This document shows, one piece after another, positions 19,768-30,340 of a stretch of DNA of 64,000 bases; the first letter of the stretch is position 1; each line of letters starts with the position of its first letter. Made by a program: the position numbers and the translations under genes. This stretch comes from Verrucomicrobiota bacterium (GTDB lineage Bacteria; Verrucomicrobiota; Verrucomicrobiia; Limisphaerales; AAA164-E04): positions 2,208,001-2,272,000 of the forward strand of contig CP170459.1 in assembly GCA_047947115.1 (NCBI GenBank), written 5' to 3'. Under the pieces are notes generated by a model, which searched no databases, was not told where the DNA came from, and worked only from the letters and a program-made list of their open reading frames with translations.

Positions 19768-19806
19768 ACACACCCGACCTCCCCACGGTCGGGTGTGTTT
19801 CTTTTT
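19768..19806 (+). terminator. Rho-independent terminator
   Basis: ACACACCCGACC-TCCCCAC-GGTCGGGTGTGT-TTCTTTTT. Confidence 0.8.
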
Positions 19807-19865
19807 ATGACAGGAATTCATTGGCCTGAAGCCAAAATCATGCTATCCGCAAAGGATATCTCTAC

Positions 19866-22241
19866 ATGAAAAATACCTTTCATTACTGGCTGATCAGCGC
19901 GCTGTGTCTTCTGTCTGGCACGGCCTGCCAAACAACATCGCAATCTCAGGATGCATCCCGCTCATCTTTGCCTTCATCTTCCACAAGCGCCCCGGCACCT
20001 GTTTCGGATGTCGTATTAGCGAACTCGAGCCAAACCTTTCTGCCCGGCCATTTGACGAGACTGGACCAGGCAGTGGAACAGGCCATGAAGGAGGGCAAGT
20101 TGCCGGGGGGCGTGTTGTGGTTTCAACATGGAGATGCAGTCTATCGGAAAACCTACGGCTCAAGAAGCGTTGATCCACAACGCGAGGCCATGACGGAAGA
20201 CACCATCTTTGATGCCGCGTCGTTGACCAAGGTGATTGCCACGACCCCCGCGATCATGAAGCTGGTGGAATCCGGAAAGGTGGAAGTGGATGCGCCTGTT
20301 GTTCGATATATACCTGCCTTTGGTGCGCATGATAAGGATCAAGTGACGGTTCGTCATTTGATGACCCATACATCGGGGCTACGCCCCGGCCTTTCACTTA
20401 AGGAACCGTGGGAAGGCATTGAAGAAGCCGTTCGGCGGGCCTGTGACGAGTCTCTTCAAACAACCCCGGGAACCAAGTTTCGCTACAGCGATATCAACTT
20501 CATCTTGCTGGGCGAGATCGTCAGTCGTGTCAGTGGGCAACCTTTGGAAGCATACGCCGCCGAGCAGATCTTTGAACCGCTGGGAATGCAACACACTCGT
20601 TTCCTCCCTGCAACGGATTGGATTTCCAGAATTGCACCCACCACCAAACTGGGAGATGCCTACATTCGGGGTGTGGTGCATGACCCGACCTCGCGTCGGA
20701 TGGGAGGTGTGGCCGGGCATGCCGGGTTATTCACCTGCACCAGGGACCTCGCCAGGTTCGCTCGTATGATGCTGGGTAAAGGCGCAGTCGATGATGTGAG
20801 AGTGTTTCGTCCTGAAACAGTGGATCTGATGACGCATGTTCAAAGTCCGGCTGAAGCCGATGCTCAACGAGGATTGGGTTGGGATATAGCATCCCCTTAT
20901 TCGAGTCCTCGTGGTCATCATTTTCCGATTGGATCTTACGGTCATACCGGCTGGACGGGAACCTCTATTTGGATTGTGCCACAAACCGACACTTTTCTCA
21001 TATTTCTATCCAATCGAAACCATCCCACCGAGGACGGAACCGTGGTGGCGTTAAGACGAACCTTGGCCACCATCGCCGCAGAGGCCATTCCAGGATACGT
21101 GGATGATCCGGCGGCTCCCGCTCTGAATGGAGTGGACGCGTTGGAAGCCGACGGGTTTCGGCAGTTGCGCGTATTGAAGGTGGGGCTTATCACCAACCAT
21201 ACCGGACACAACCGAAACCGGCAGTCGACGATCGATCTGTTGCATGCCGCCGAATCGGTGGAATTGAAGGCGTTGTTCAGTCCAGAGCATGGCATTCGAG
21301 GCAAACTGGACGGCAAAGTGGAGGACGGAGTGGATTCCAAAACCGGACTCAAGATTCACAGTCTGTATGGAGAACATCGCCAGCCTCAGGCGGCCGATCT
21401 GGAAGGTTTGGATGCGCTGGTTTTCGATATTCAGGACATTGGTTGCCGATTCTACACTTATATATCCACCATGGGATTGGCCATGGAAGCAGCGGCCAAG
21501 GCGGGATTGAAGTTCGTTGTGCTGGACCGGATCAATCCGATCAATGGCAAGGAAGTCGAAGGTCCGGTGCTGATTGGTGAAACGGATTTTGTCGGTTTTC
21601 ATGCCATTCCCATTCGACATGGCATGACGGTAGGCGAGTTGGCTTTGATGTTTCAGAAGGAAAAAGGATTGGATCTTGATCTCCAGATCGTTCCCGTTCG
21701 AAATTGGGATCGGACATCTGAATTCGACGCTGTCCGTCAACCATGGACCTCTCCTTCGCCCAATATGCGCAACCTGAAAGAAGCTCTTCTTTATCCGGGG
21801 ATTGGTATCCTTGAAACCACCAACCTGTCCGTTGGCCGCGGAACCGACACACCTTTCGAACTGATTGGGGCTCCTTACATCCATGATCTTCAATTGACGA
21901 AAGCGCTCAATGATCTGGCCATGCCGGGAGTCGCTTTCACTCCGATTCAGTTTGCTCCGGATGCAAGCGTCTTCAAAGACGAGACATGTCAGGGTGTCTA
22001 CATTTCCATCCTGGACCGGTCCAAAGTGCGGCCGGTTGAGCTGGGTATCCAGATCGCCCGAACGCTCCATGCACTGTATCCGGGTGACTGGAAAACAGAA
22101 CGCTTGAATCGTTTGTTGAAGCATGCGCCCACCTTCCAACTCATCGAATCCGACGCTTCCCTGGAATCGATCACTGGCACTTGGGCGGCAGATTTGGATG
22201 CGTTTAAGGCGCGGCGGGCTGAATGTCTGCTGTATCGTTAG
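19866..22241 (+). CDS. Lipoprotein fusion: class C beta-lactamase-fold serine hydrolase (AmiE-like) + NamZ/DUF1343 exo-beta-N-acetylmuramidase
   Basis: Lipobox-like GTAC; SLTK, YSDIN and HTG motifs. C-terminal half has LITNHTG, FSPEHG, DIQDIGCRFYTYI, SPSPN, SVGRGT. Confidence 0.9.
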   Translation: MKNTFHYWLISALCLLSGTACQTTSQSQDASRSSLPSSSTSAPAPVSDVVLANSSQTFLPGHLTRLDQAVEQAMKEGKLPGGVLWFQHGDAVYRKTYGSRSVDPQREAMTEDTIFDAASLTKVIATTPAIMKLVESGKVEVDAPVVRYIPAFGAHDKDQVTVRHLMTHTSGLRPGLSLKEPWEGIEEAVRRACDESLQTTPGTKFRYSDINFILLGEIVSRVSGQPLEAYAAEQIFEPLGMQHTRFLPATDWISRIAPTTKLGDAYIRGVVHDPTSRRMGGVAGHAGLFTCTRDLARFARMMLGKGAVDDVRVFRPETVDLMTHVQSPAEADAQRGLGWDIASPYSSPRGHHFPIGSYGHTGWTGTSIWIVPQTDTFLIFLSNRNHPTEDGTVVALRRTLATIAAEAIPGYVDDPAAPALNGVDALEADGFRQLRVLKVGLITNHTGHNRNRQSTIDLLHAAESVELKALFSPEHGIRGKLDGKVEDGVDSKTGLKIHSLYGEHRQPQAADLEGLDALVFDIQDIGCRFYTYISTMGLAMEAAAKAGLKFVVLDRINPINGKEVEGPVLIGETDFVGFHAIPIRHGMTVGELALMFQKEKGLDLDLQIVPVRNWDRTSEFDAVRQPWTSPSPNMRNLKEALLYPGIGILETTNLSVGRGTDTPFELIGAPYIHDLQLTKALNDLAMPGVAFTPIQFAPDASVFKDETCQGVYISILDRSKVRPVELGIQIARTLHALYPGDWKTERLNRLLKHAPTFQLIESDASLESITGTWAADLDAFKARRAECLLYR

Positions 22242-22262
22242 TAGGGCCATTTTTCGAATACC

Positions 22263-23180
22263 ATGGCAGATCGACGATCATACGCGATAGGTGTCGACAT
22301 AGGTGGAACCAAGATCGCTGTTGGATTGGTGGATTCGGAAGGAAATCTGATCGATTCGACAATCCTTCCCACCGAATCTGAAAAAGGTGTTTCCGACGCG
22401 GCAGCACGCATCCATCAGGCGGCATGCGAAATGATTACAGCGCAAAACCTCTCCAAAAAATCAATCATGGGTATGGGGGTAGGGTGCCCTGGTCCATTGG
22501 ACCTGAAATCGGGAATGGTCATGAATCCATACACCCTGCCCGGATGGGAAAACGTGTCCTTGACTCAAGCTCTGGAGGATGCATTTGGAAACCCTGTGCG
22601 CATCGAAAACGATGCCGATGTCGCTTTGATCGGTGAGTGCTGGGTGGGTGCCGGCAAGGGGGAAAATCCCGTGGTCATGCTGACTTTTGGCACGGGGGTG
22701 GGGGGAGCCGTTCGTTGTGATGGACGCGTATATCGCGGTGTCAATGGTGAGCATCCCGAGATCGGGTTGATGCCGGTATTACCGGACATGCCCCCAGATT
22801 ATTCCGGAGTGGATGGTTCGCTGGAGTCTCTGGCATCGGGTGCTGGTATTGCCCAACAGGGGGAGGCCTTCGGGTTTGAGGATGCCGCTGCCGTGTTTGA
22901 AGCAGCGCAAGGGGGGCATCGCGAAGCAGAAATGATCGTGCAAAGAGCCTATCGCGCTGCAGGCGTGGCTGCCTGGACTTTGGCGCATTGCTTTGTGCCA
23001 CAGCGGATCATACTGGGGGGAGGTTTGATGAATCATCATTTTCATCATTTTTCACACACCATGCGGGATTATTTGTCGCGAGCAAAATTGCTTCCTGAAA
23101 ACAGCATTGATATCGCCAAGGCCCAACTCGCCAATCGAGCGGGCATGATCGGCGCCGCAGGACTTTGGTTGATGGACTGA
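22263..23180 (+). CDS. ROK family sugar kinase
   Basis: IGVDIGGTK, ENDAD, GTGVGG, LESLASG, AGMIGAA. Confidence 0.92.
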   Translation: MADRRSYAIGVDIGGTKIAVGLVDSEGNLIDSTILPTESEKGVSDAAARIHQAACEMITAQNLSKKSIMGMGVGCPGPLDLKSGMVMNPYTLPGWENVSLTQALEDAFGNPVRIENDADVALIGECWVGAGKGENPVVMLTFGTGVGGAVRCDGRVYRGVNGEHPEIGLMPVLPDMPPDYSGVDGSLESLASGAGIAQQGEAFGFEDAAAVFEAAQGGHREAEMIVQRAYRAAGVAAWTLAHCFVPQRIILGGGLMNHHFHHFSHTMRDYLSRAKLLPENSIDIAKAQLANRAGMIGAAGLWLMD

Positions 23181-23277
23181 TTTTGGTCTGTTTTGAGTGC
23201 TTTTTCACGGTTTTTGGCCAATAAACGTGCCCAAGCGTGCATTGACTTGGCCGGAAAGATCATGTCACAATCCGGGC

Positions 23278-24042
23278 ATGATGAATTGGGACATATCGCA
23301 TGTGCTTGATAACTGGGGGTACGAACCCGGTAAAGCGATGGTTCGCAGGATTGCTGGAAAGGGTGGCAAGGAGTTGATTCAGATGCGAATCGACCTGGGT
23401 GTGCTGCAGATGCACACAGAAGGCCGTCCGGACGGTCAGAGACCGCATGGCATGGAGACTCTGTTGGATTATCATGTCGAAAAACTGGAGATGCACCTGG
23501 CTGAATTTGACGGGGATGACTCCGGATTTAAATTGAGTTCCGAAGACTGTGTCGCCCTTCAGCAGGAAGCGATACAGTTTCATCATCGATACATCTGCTT
23601 CTTTCAGCTCGAAGCCTATGATCAGGTCGTTATGGATGCCGATCGTAATCTTGATGCCATTGAAATGGTGGAACAATACGGTCCGGACGATCAGATGTCC
23701 TGGGCACTGCGACAGTTGACACCGCAACTGATGCTGATGCGCACGCGTGCACTTTCGGCGATATCCCTGGATGAAAAGGATTACGAACAGGCCATTCTGG
23801 ATGTGGAAGAGGGAATTGAGTCTTTGCAGCAGTTTCTGAATGATCACATGTCAGAAGAAGCCGCCCAGCAGAACGGAGAACTACAGGCACTTCGGCATTG
23901 GCTGGAGGAAGTCCGGGGTTCCCGGCCCATGAGCAAACGTGAAAAGCTGGAACAGGAACTCGATGACGCGGTCGCCAAGGAAGATTACGAACGGGCAGCC
24001 GAGGTCAGGGATGCCCTGAAATGTTTGAGCGCCGCCGAATAA
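23278..24042 (+). CDS. UvrB/UvrC-motif protein (PVC-type conserved protein)
   Basis: IQMRIDLGVLQM..GRPDG; C-terminal LDDAVAKEDYERAAEVRD (UVR domain). Confidence 0.85.
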   Translation: MMNWDISHVLDNWGYEPGKAMVRRIAGKGGKELIQMRIDLGVLQMHTEGRPDGQRPHGMETLLDYHVEKLEMHLAEFDGDDSGFKLSSEDCVALQQEAIQFHHRYICFFQLEAYDQVVMDADRNLDAIEMVEQYGPDDQMSWALRQLTPQLMLMRTRALSAISLDEKDYEQAILDVEEGIESLQQFLNDHMSEEAAQQNGELQALRHWLEEVRGSRPMSKREKLEQELDDAVAKEDYERAAEVRDALKCLSAAE

Positions 24043-24087
24043 GTGTTCCGACAAGCACATCTGAAACAGATTTACTTTCAAATTATT

Positions 24088-24966
24088 ATGGATAACAAAC
24101 CCATCATTGGATTCATCGGTATCGGGGTCATGGGACGCAGCATGGCCGGACATCTTCTCAGTGCAGGCTATCCCCTGCATGTTTACAACCGGACCCAGTC
24201 CAAGGCACAGGATCTGATTGATCGTGGCGCCCAGTGGCAGGATTCCCCGGGCAAAGTGGCCGCTGAGGCGGACGTGATCATCACCATCGTCGGATTCCCC
24301 AACGACGTGGAAGCCGTCTATCTAGGGGAAGATGGCATTCTGGCAAACGCCAAGTCCGGCAGTATCGTGATCGATATGACGACATCCTGTCCCAACCTGG
24401 CGGCAAAAATCGCTGAAGAAGCCAAAGTCAAAGGTATCGGCGCACTGGACGCTCCTGTCTCGGGCGGCGACATCGGCGCACGTGAAGCCAGATTGTCCAT
24501 CATGGTGGGTGGTGATGAGGCTTCCTTCGAAAAGGCCAAACCCCTGTTCGAAATCATGGGCAAAAATATTGTCTATCAAGGTCCCGCAGGTTCTGGTCAA
24601 CACACCAAGATGTGTAATCAGATTGCCATCGCCTCGGGGATGATGGCTATCAGTGAATCCATGGCTTACGCCAAGAAATCGGGACTCAATCCCGAAACGG
24701 TGCTCAAGAGCATCGAAAGCGGCGCAGCGGGCAGTTGGTCGCTGTCCAATCTGACACCACGTGTTTTGAAAGGGGACTTTGCTCCAGGCTTTTTCGTGAA
24801 GCATTTCCTCAAGGACATGCGTATCGCGATCGAATCCGCTGACAGCATGGGGTTGGATCTGCCGGGGCTCAAACTGGCCAAACAACTTTACGACAAACTC
24901 GCCGAACGAGGTTGTGAAGACGACGGAACGCAGGCTTTGTTCAAGCTTTACCAAGATCAACTTTAA
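24088..24966 (+). CDS. 3-hydroxyisobutyrate dehydrogenase / tartronate semialdehyde reductase family oxidoreductase
   Basis: GFIGIGVMG, DAPVSGG, GSGQHTKMCNQ, KHFLKD. Confidence 0.93.
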   Translation: MDNKPIIGFIGIGVMGRSMAGHLLSAGYPLHVYNRTQSKAQDLIDRGAQWQDSPGKVAAEADVIITIVGFPNDVEAVYLGEDGILANAKSGSIVIDMTTSCPNLAAKIAEEAKVKGIGALDAPVSGGDIGAREARLSIMVGGDEASFEKAKPLFEIMGKNIVYQGPAGSGQHTKMCNQIAIASGMMAISESMAYAKKSGLNPETVLKSIESGAAGSWSLSNLTPRVLKGDFAPGFFVKHFLKDMRIAIESADSMGLDLPGLKLAKQLYDKLAERGCEDDGTQALFKLYQDQL

Positions 24967-24973
24967 CCAAATG

Positions 24974-25000
24974 AGGGCGGCCAACACGGTCGCCCTTTTT
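24974..25000 (+). terminator. Rho-independent terminator
   Basis: AGGGCGGCC-AACAC-GGTCGCCCTTTT. Confidence 0.65.
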
Positions 25001-25005
25001 GCTTT

Positions 25006-26303
25006 ATGAAACCTTTTCGCTCGAGCCGATTCCTTTTCTGTTCGCTGTTTCGCTTTCAAACATTCGCATGTTTGGGCTTGTGTTTCCTTTTGGGGAAGGC
25101 TCATGCGGAAACCTTTGCTTCAGACGGTGCCTGGTGCTGGTTTCAGGATCCGCGAGCGGTGTATGTCAAAGACGCTTTGAACGAACCTATGCCAGTTGGA
25201 TGCAAAGCGACGGTACACTCTTGGTCGGATGGATGGATCATTCCAGTCACAAGGTTCATTCCAATGTCATCAAGGAAAAATGGGACGTCGATGATCACAA
25301 CACAGGTTCCTTGCTGGTGCTGCCCGATCATCGGTTGATGTTGTTTTATGCGCGCCATAATAAACAGGGACTGTTGGCTCGTATCAGTTCAGAACCCGAA
25401 TCCATCGACGCATGGGGGCCGGAGATCACCGTGGCTGATACGCCACGCATCACCTACAGCCATCCGGTTTACCTGTCCGACGAGAAAAAGTTCTACGTCT
25501 TCTGGCGAGGTGAAACTTGGAAACCCACCTTTGCAACATCCACCGATGGAATTCATTGGTCCAAGCCACGCGTCTTGCTCCAGCAACAAGGCCGCGAAGC
25601 TCGGGATATTCGTCCTTATCTGAAAGTGGGGAATGATGGGAAATCGATCATTCACTTTGCATTCACCGACGGCCACCCGAGAAACGAACCGACCAACTCG
25701 GTCTATTACATGCAGTATTCCAAGGGAAAACTGCGGCGGGTCGATGGCTCGGTGATTGCTTCCATGGAATCCATAGAAGCCGTGTCGCATCTGGATTGTG
25801 ATCTCTTATATGACGCCCGCCCCACCGGAGCCCGAGCCTGGGTATGGGATGTCGCACAGGATGCCGATGGGCATCCGGTCGTTTTATACACGCGTCACCC
25901 CGAAGAAACGGATCACCGCTACCATTGGGCTCGCTGGACCGGGCAGAAATGGCAAGACGTCGAATTGTGTCAGGCCGGCAAGTGGTTCCCTGAAACGCCT
26001 CAGGGAGTTGTGGAACCAGAACCCCACTACTCAGGAGGCATGAGCTTGAACCAAGGAAATCCTTTTCAGCTTTGCGGAGCTCGCCAAGTGAACGGGATTT
26101 TTGAAATCGTTTCCTGGAACAGTTTTGATGAAGGTAAGAGTTGGGTGGAACGATCGATTACGAAAAATACCCACCAACTCAACGTGCGTCCGGTGATTCC
26201 TGTTGGGGTCCGGGAGGGCAATGCGCACGTGCTTTTCATGTCAGGTGCATACCGGCACTATACCGATTACCATACTTCCATACAGTGGAGGCCGTTACCT
26301 TGA
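25006..26303 (+). CDS. BNR-4 repeat family secreted protein, frameshifted near 25170
   Basis: One frame gives a signal peptide + DGAWCWFQDPRAVYVK. The other frame continues RFERTY...DDHN...RPYLK...TDGHPR...WVWD...YSGG. One missing base joins them. Confidence 0.8.
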
Positions 26304-26349
26304 GCGGTTCACGAGGGACTCGTCCTGAATCGAAAGTGTAACATCCTGG

Positions 26350-26849
26350 TGCGGTCAAAAGCATTTGGACTCAGGATGCACCGCACATCAGATAAACCGG
26401 AATCGTACGAACACGCATTTCGCGGAAATCGGCGAAGAGTTCGAAGTGACAAAGGTAAACGTCTGAGCAGAAAGCGAAGCGAACTTGTTGAGCGAACATT
26501 TGCTCATGTATGTGAAACAGGAGCAGGACGTCGAACGTGCTCCAAAGATTGGAAAATGTCACCAAGATTCACGCACTGAAATGCGCAGCATTCAACCGCG
26601 GGTTGCTGATGCGGGAAATCTTTGGCCTCGCCAAGCCAAGAAACTGGGAAGCGAGGCTCGTTACCGGTTTGGCGGCTGCTTTTTTCATGATTTTTGGCGA
26701 ATGGATGACTCAGGGGGTGGTAAGAATGGCTCCCTCCGTCCTTTTATTGATTTCCACCATTTTATTATGCGGCTTGATGAAATCGAAACGGGACGAGACT
26801 CGGATCATTCGGTTTTTCAAAATTGGCACTTATTAAACGGGCTGATAAG
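26350..26849 (+). mobile_element. Degenerate 3' remnant of an IS1182/IS5-like transposase with its right end
   Basis: GKRLSRKRSELVERTFAHVCETGAGRRT, then after a frameshift LENVTKIHALKCAAFNRGLLMR. Terminal TTATTAAACGGGCTGATAAG resembles the ends of these IS groups. Confidence 0.7.
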
Positions 26850-27321
26850 ATGAATCGAATCTGGTTGCTGAAGGTGGGGGGCATGACGCCGGCAGGCCTC
26901 CAATACCTATCCGTTCAAAAGTTATCATGGCTAGGCAAGTTGGCGGATATTTATCTAAAATAACATGGATATATGTTGACAAATAACAGTTTTTTGAATA
27001 ACTGTAATTCATTCACCTTAAAAGGAGAGTGGTTTTGAATTCTATCAAGCAAGTGTGATTGGGGAAACATGTGCCCTATGAGCTTTGTAATCAATGCTGG
27101 CAAGTGAATGCTATTTCATTCTGTCCGTTTTGATGACCTTATATTTCCATATCTATCATTGACGAACAGCGCTTAGTTAAACTTGCGTACGTTGTGTTAC
27201 GTGGGATGGCATGTGTGTCATTGTTTTATTCGGCACAGGTGGTTTTGATTCGGTTGCTTGGCGGAAATACACTAAAAAAAGTATTATAAAAGATATGAAG
27301 AAGGTTCTGAAAAATATTCAA

Positions 27322-28776
27322 ATGAAGACTGTTTTGATAATTGGTATCGGTTGCCTTTTATTACAACCGCTCAAGGCTGCTGATTTTGATATGACAACAG
27401 GCTCCGCTCCTAAAGAAGTGGTGATCCCCCAGCTGATTCCGGTCATTTTTTCAACAGTTAATCCAAACGATGCGACCTTGGTGCTGAGAACGACTACGAT
27501 TGTTATCAATTCCTGGTTTGATGCGATTGCACCTTATGGGGAGCATAATGTGGGCGTTTACAGTCGTCTTGGCAGGCGTCCCGCAACCGAAAGAACAGAC
27601 GAAAATCGTAATATTGCCATTTTGTATGCATCTCATGAAGTGTTGAACAGTCTTTATCCCACTCATGCCACTCTCTGGGATAATATGCTAGGAACTGTAG
27701 GATTGGATCCCGACAACGATTCAGTGGATCTGGATACTGCGATCGGTATCGGGAATGCTGCAGGTAAAGCCGTCAGGGCCATTCGCGAGAATGATGGGAT
27801 GAACCAGTTGGGTAATGAGCCGTTTCCTGGCGAAGATGGGCCACGCGTTTACAATCTTCAACCCTTTGCTGATTACACTGCTTTTGAGCCGGTCAATACT
27901 GCCTACGCATTACGCTTTCCATCCAAATGGCAGCCGGCAATCAATTCAAACGGCAATGGCATCTTCAAGGTCCAACAGTTTGTGACGCCACAATTTGCGC
28001 TGACATTACCTCACAGTTATAAGAATTCCACTCCGTTCCGGGCTCCCAATCCTGTGGATAGCAATGTGTTCAGGTTCAAGTCCTACAAGGCCCAGGCGGA
28101 TGAAGTGCTTGTAGCTTCCGCAAACTTGACTGATGAGCAAAAAATGCTGGCTGAATTGTTTGATAACAAAATCAACAGTCTGGGTTTTTCCGCGTTATTC
28201 AAATCCACTGTTTCCGGACTTTCACTCGAAGAATTTGTTGTTTACGACTTTTTGACCAATCTGGCTGCATTCGATACGGGTATTGTGATTTGGAAAGAAA
28301 AACGGCGGCATAACTCTGTTCGACCATTCAGTGCTATTCGTTTTTTATACAGCGACCAGGAATTGACCGCATGGGGAGGTCCATATCAGGGAACTGTGGA
28401 TAACATTACCGGCAACGAATGGCAAAGTTATCTGCCCGTGGCTGATCACCCAGAGTATCCCTCCGCTTCGGCTTCCTTCTGTGCCGCTCATGCAGCGAGT
28501 AGTCGGTTGTTTTTTGGCACCGATGAACTGGGGTGGTCATTTCCAGTTGGGCAGGGGACTTCCACCATTGAACCGGGATTCACTCCACAAAGCGATTTGT
28601 TGATCAGCTTTGCGACATGGACTGAGTTTGAATCCACTTGTGGGATGACGCGGTTTTGGGGAGGAGTGCATTTCAAACCTTCCATACCTGCCGGTCAGAA
28701 GATCGGGCGTGAAATTGGCGAACTTGCTTACGATTTTGTGATGGATCATGTTCTAGGCACAGCTCCTGAGCTTTGA
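27322..28776 (+). CDS. Vanadium-dependent haloperoxidase, NapH1/Mcl24-like, secreted
   Basis: Signal peptide; vanadate motifs KRRHNSVRP, HPEYPSAS, RFWGGVHF; N-terminal WFDAIAPY...GVYSRLGRRP, DGMNQLG. Alternative start 27295. Confidence 0.85.
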   Translation: MKTVLIIGIGCLLLQPLKAADFDMTTGSAPKEVVIPQLIPVIFSTVNPNDATLVLRTTTIVINSWFDAIAPYGEHNVGVYSRLGRRPATERTDENRNIAILYASHEVLNSLYPTHATLWDNMLGTVGLDPDNDSVDLDTAIGIGNAAGKAVRAIRENDGMNQLGNEPFPGEDGPRVYNLQPFADYTAFEPVNTAYALRFPSKWQPAINSNGNGIFKVQQFVTPQFALTLPHSYKNSTPFRAPNPVDSNVFRFKSYKAQADEVLVASANLTDEQKMLAELFDNKINSLGFSALFKSTVSGLSLEEFVVYDFLTNLAAFDTGIVIWKEKRRHNSVRPFSAIRFLYSDQELTAWGGPYQGTVDNITGNEWQSYLPVADHPEYPSASASFCAAHAASSRLFFGTDELGWSFPVGQGTSTIEPGFTPQSDLLISFATWTEFESTCGMTRFWGGVHFKPSIPAGQKIGREIGELAYDFVMDHVLGTAPEL

Positions 28777-28786
28777 TTCATCAGAT

Positions 28787-28828
28787 CATGAAATTCCGGC
28801 GGGTGTTCGCTACTCGCCGGATTTTCAT
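28787..28828. terminator. Hairpin between convergent genes
   Basis: CATGAAATTCCGGCGGGT...ACTCGCCGGATTTTCATG. Confidence 0.6.
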
Positions 28829-28892
28829 GGCGGTTCGAAAGGTGTAAGCTACGGCAGTCTCGGTTAATTGCGTGATGAACCCTGTTACCATT

Positions 28893-30290
28893 TCATTTGC
28901 AAAGTTGCCGAATGATGGGATGGGATGTCACCATATTCAGTGAACGAGTGACTGCACCCAGGTTTTGATCCACCACTTTCCTGGCTCTACGCCCCAATTC
29001 CACTCGTAGACTTTGTTTTTCCAGTAAGTCATTCAGAGTATTGTTGAGCGCTTCTTTATTTGAGACCTGGATGGCTGCTTCATGTTCCAGGAAGGTGCGG
29101 GTGATGGCGCGGAAATTTTGCATGTTGGGGCCCATGATCATGGGCTTGCCGGCTGCGGCGGCTTCAATGGGGCTTTGGCCGCCCCTGGCACAGAGACTTT
29201 TGCCGATGAAGACGAGGTCTGCTTCTGCGGTGATGCTGGCCAGTTCACCGGTGGAGTTGACGATCAGGCAGCGGGGATGGGTGCTTGATGGGAATGCCCG
29301 CTGTTCTTTCCATTCGGATCGGTAGTCGACGTGTATGCCCAGTTTTTCAAGATCCTTTCCCGCTTCACGTGCGCGTTCGAAGTGTCGTGGTACGATGACG
29401 AGTCGAAGCTGGGGGTAGCGCTCGATCAGTTTGATGTAAATCTCGCCCAATACGGCTTCTTCTCCCGGGTGGGTGCTGCTGCCCAACAAAACGGTGTGTG
29501 TTGATTCGATGCCTGTGTCTGCAAAAAGTTGAGGCACGTTGAGTGTGGGCTTTTGGTTGCTGGACAGGGCCGCATCAAACTTCATGTTGCCGGTGACCTG
29601 GATTCTGTCCGGTGAACATCCCAGTTTCCTGAGCCTTTCCGCATCGGATGCGTTTTGGGTGCCGACTCGTGCAAAGGACTGGAAGAGGGGGCGGAACAGA
29701 AATCCGAATTGACTGTAGCGGGCAAAGGATTTTTCAGATATGCGGGCATTGATCAGGAACACGGGGATGTTGCGTGCGGCCGCTTCCCAAAGAAAGTTGG
29801 GCCATACTTCCGCTTCGGAAAGGATGATGGCTTTAGGTCTTATGGTATCCATAGCCTGTCGCACCCAGGGACGTCGGTCGATGGGGTAAAAGCAGGTTTG
29901 GACCTCAGGTGGCAATTTTTTTTGCCATTCTCCCATTCCTGTTGTGGTGGTGGCGGAACCGATGATGTCGGCGTCTTTGAGTTGTTCCCTCATGCGTCGA
30001 ATCAGTTCCAGTGTCAGGTGCACTTCTCCCACGCTGACGGCGTGCACCCAGATGCGTTTGCCGTCCCGGCATGATTCGATGAAGGAAGGTGTGTATCTTC
30101 CAAACCGTTGACCGACCCGATCCCGCCATCCTCCCCGGCGGCTCATTCTCCTGTAATAATAGGGAAAGGAAATCAGCAGCCCGAGGTTGAACAAAGTCCG
30201 GTAGATCCATTGAACCAGTCCTGCGCTGACAGGAGCTGCCCCGGGTTCGGATCCGGTTGAGACCGGACCGGATGGATCAGAGGATGCCAT
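28893..30290 (-). CDS. waaA: 3-deoxy-D-manno-octulosonic acid (Kdo) transferase
   Basis: WVHAVSVGE, EAEVWPN, NARISEKS, GNMKFD, STHPGEE, VPRHFER. Confidence 0.95.
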   Translation of the reverse strand: MASSDPSGPVSTGSEPGAAPVSAGLVQWIYRTLFNLGLLISFPYYYRRMSRRGGWRDRVGQRFGRYTPSFIESCRDGKRIWVHAVSVGEVHLTLELIRRMREQLKDADIIGSATTTTGMGEWQKKLPPEVQTCFYPIDRRPWVRQAMDTIRPKAIILSEAEVWPNFLWEAAARNIPVFLINARISEKSFARYSQFGFLFRPLFQSFARVGTQNASDAERLRKLGCSPDRIQVTGNMKFDAALSSNQKPTLNVPQLFADTGIESTHTVLLGSSTHPGEEAVLGEIYIKLIERYPQLRLVIVPRHFERAREAGKDLEKLGIHVDYRSEWKEQRAFPSSTHPRCLIVNSTGELASITAEADLVFIGKSLCARGGQSPIEAAAAGKPMIMGPNMQNFRAITRTFLEHEAAIQVSNKEALNNTLNDLLEKQSLRVELGRRARKVVDQNLGAVTRSLNMVTSHPIIRQLCK

Positions 30291-30340
30291 GATTGTGAGT
30301 CTAGTGCGGTTCGATGGTTGGTATCGACCGTCGGACTTAT

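Noticed and set aside
19866..21100. Antibiotic-resistance beta-lactamase
   Set aside because: It has the fold and SxxK motif only. Fusion to NamZ points to cell-wall recycling.
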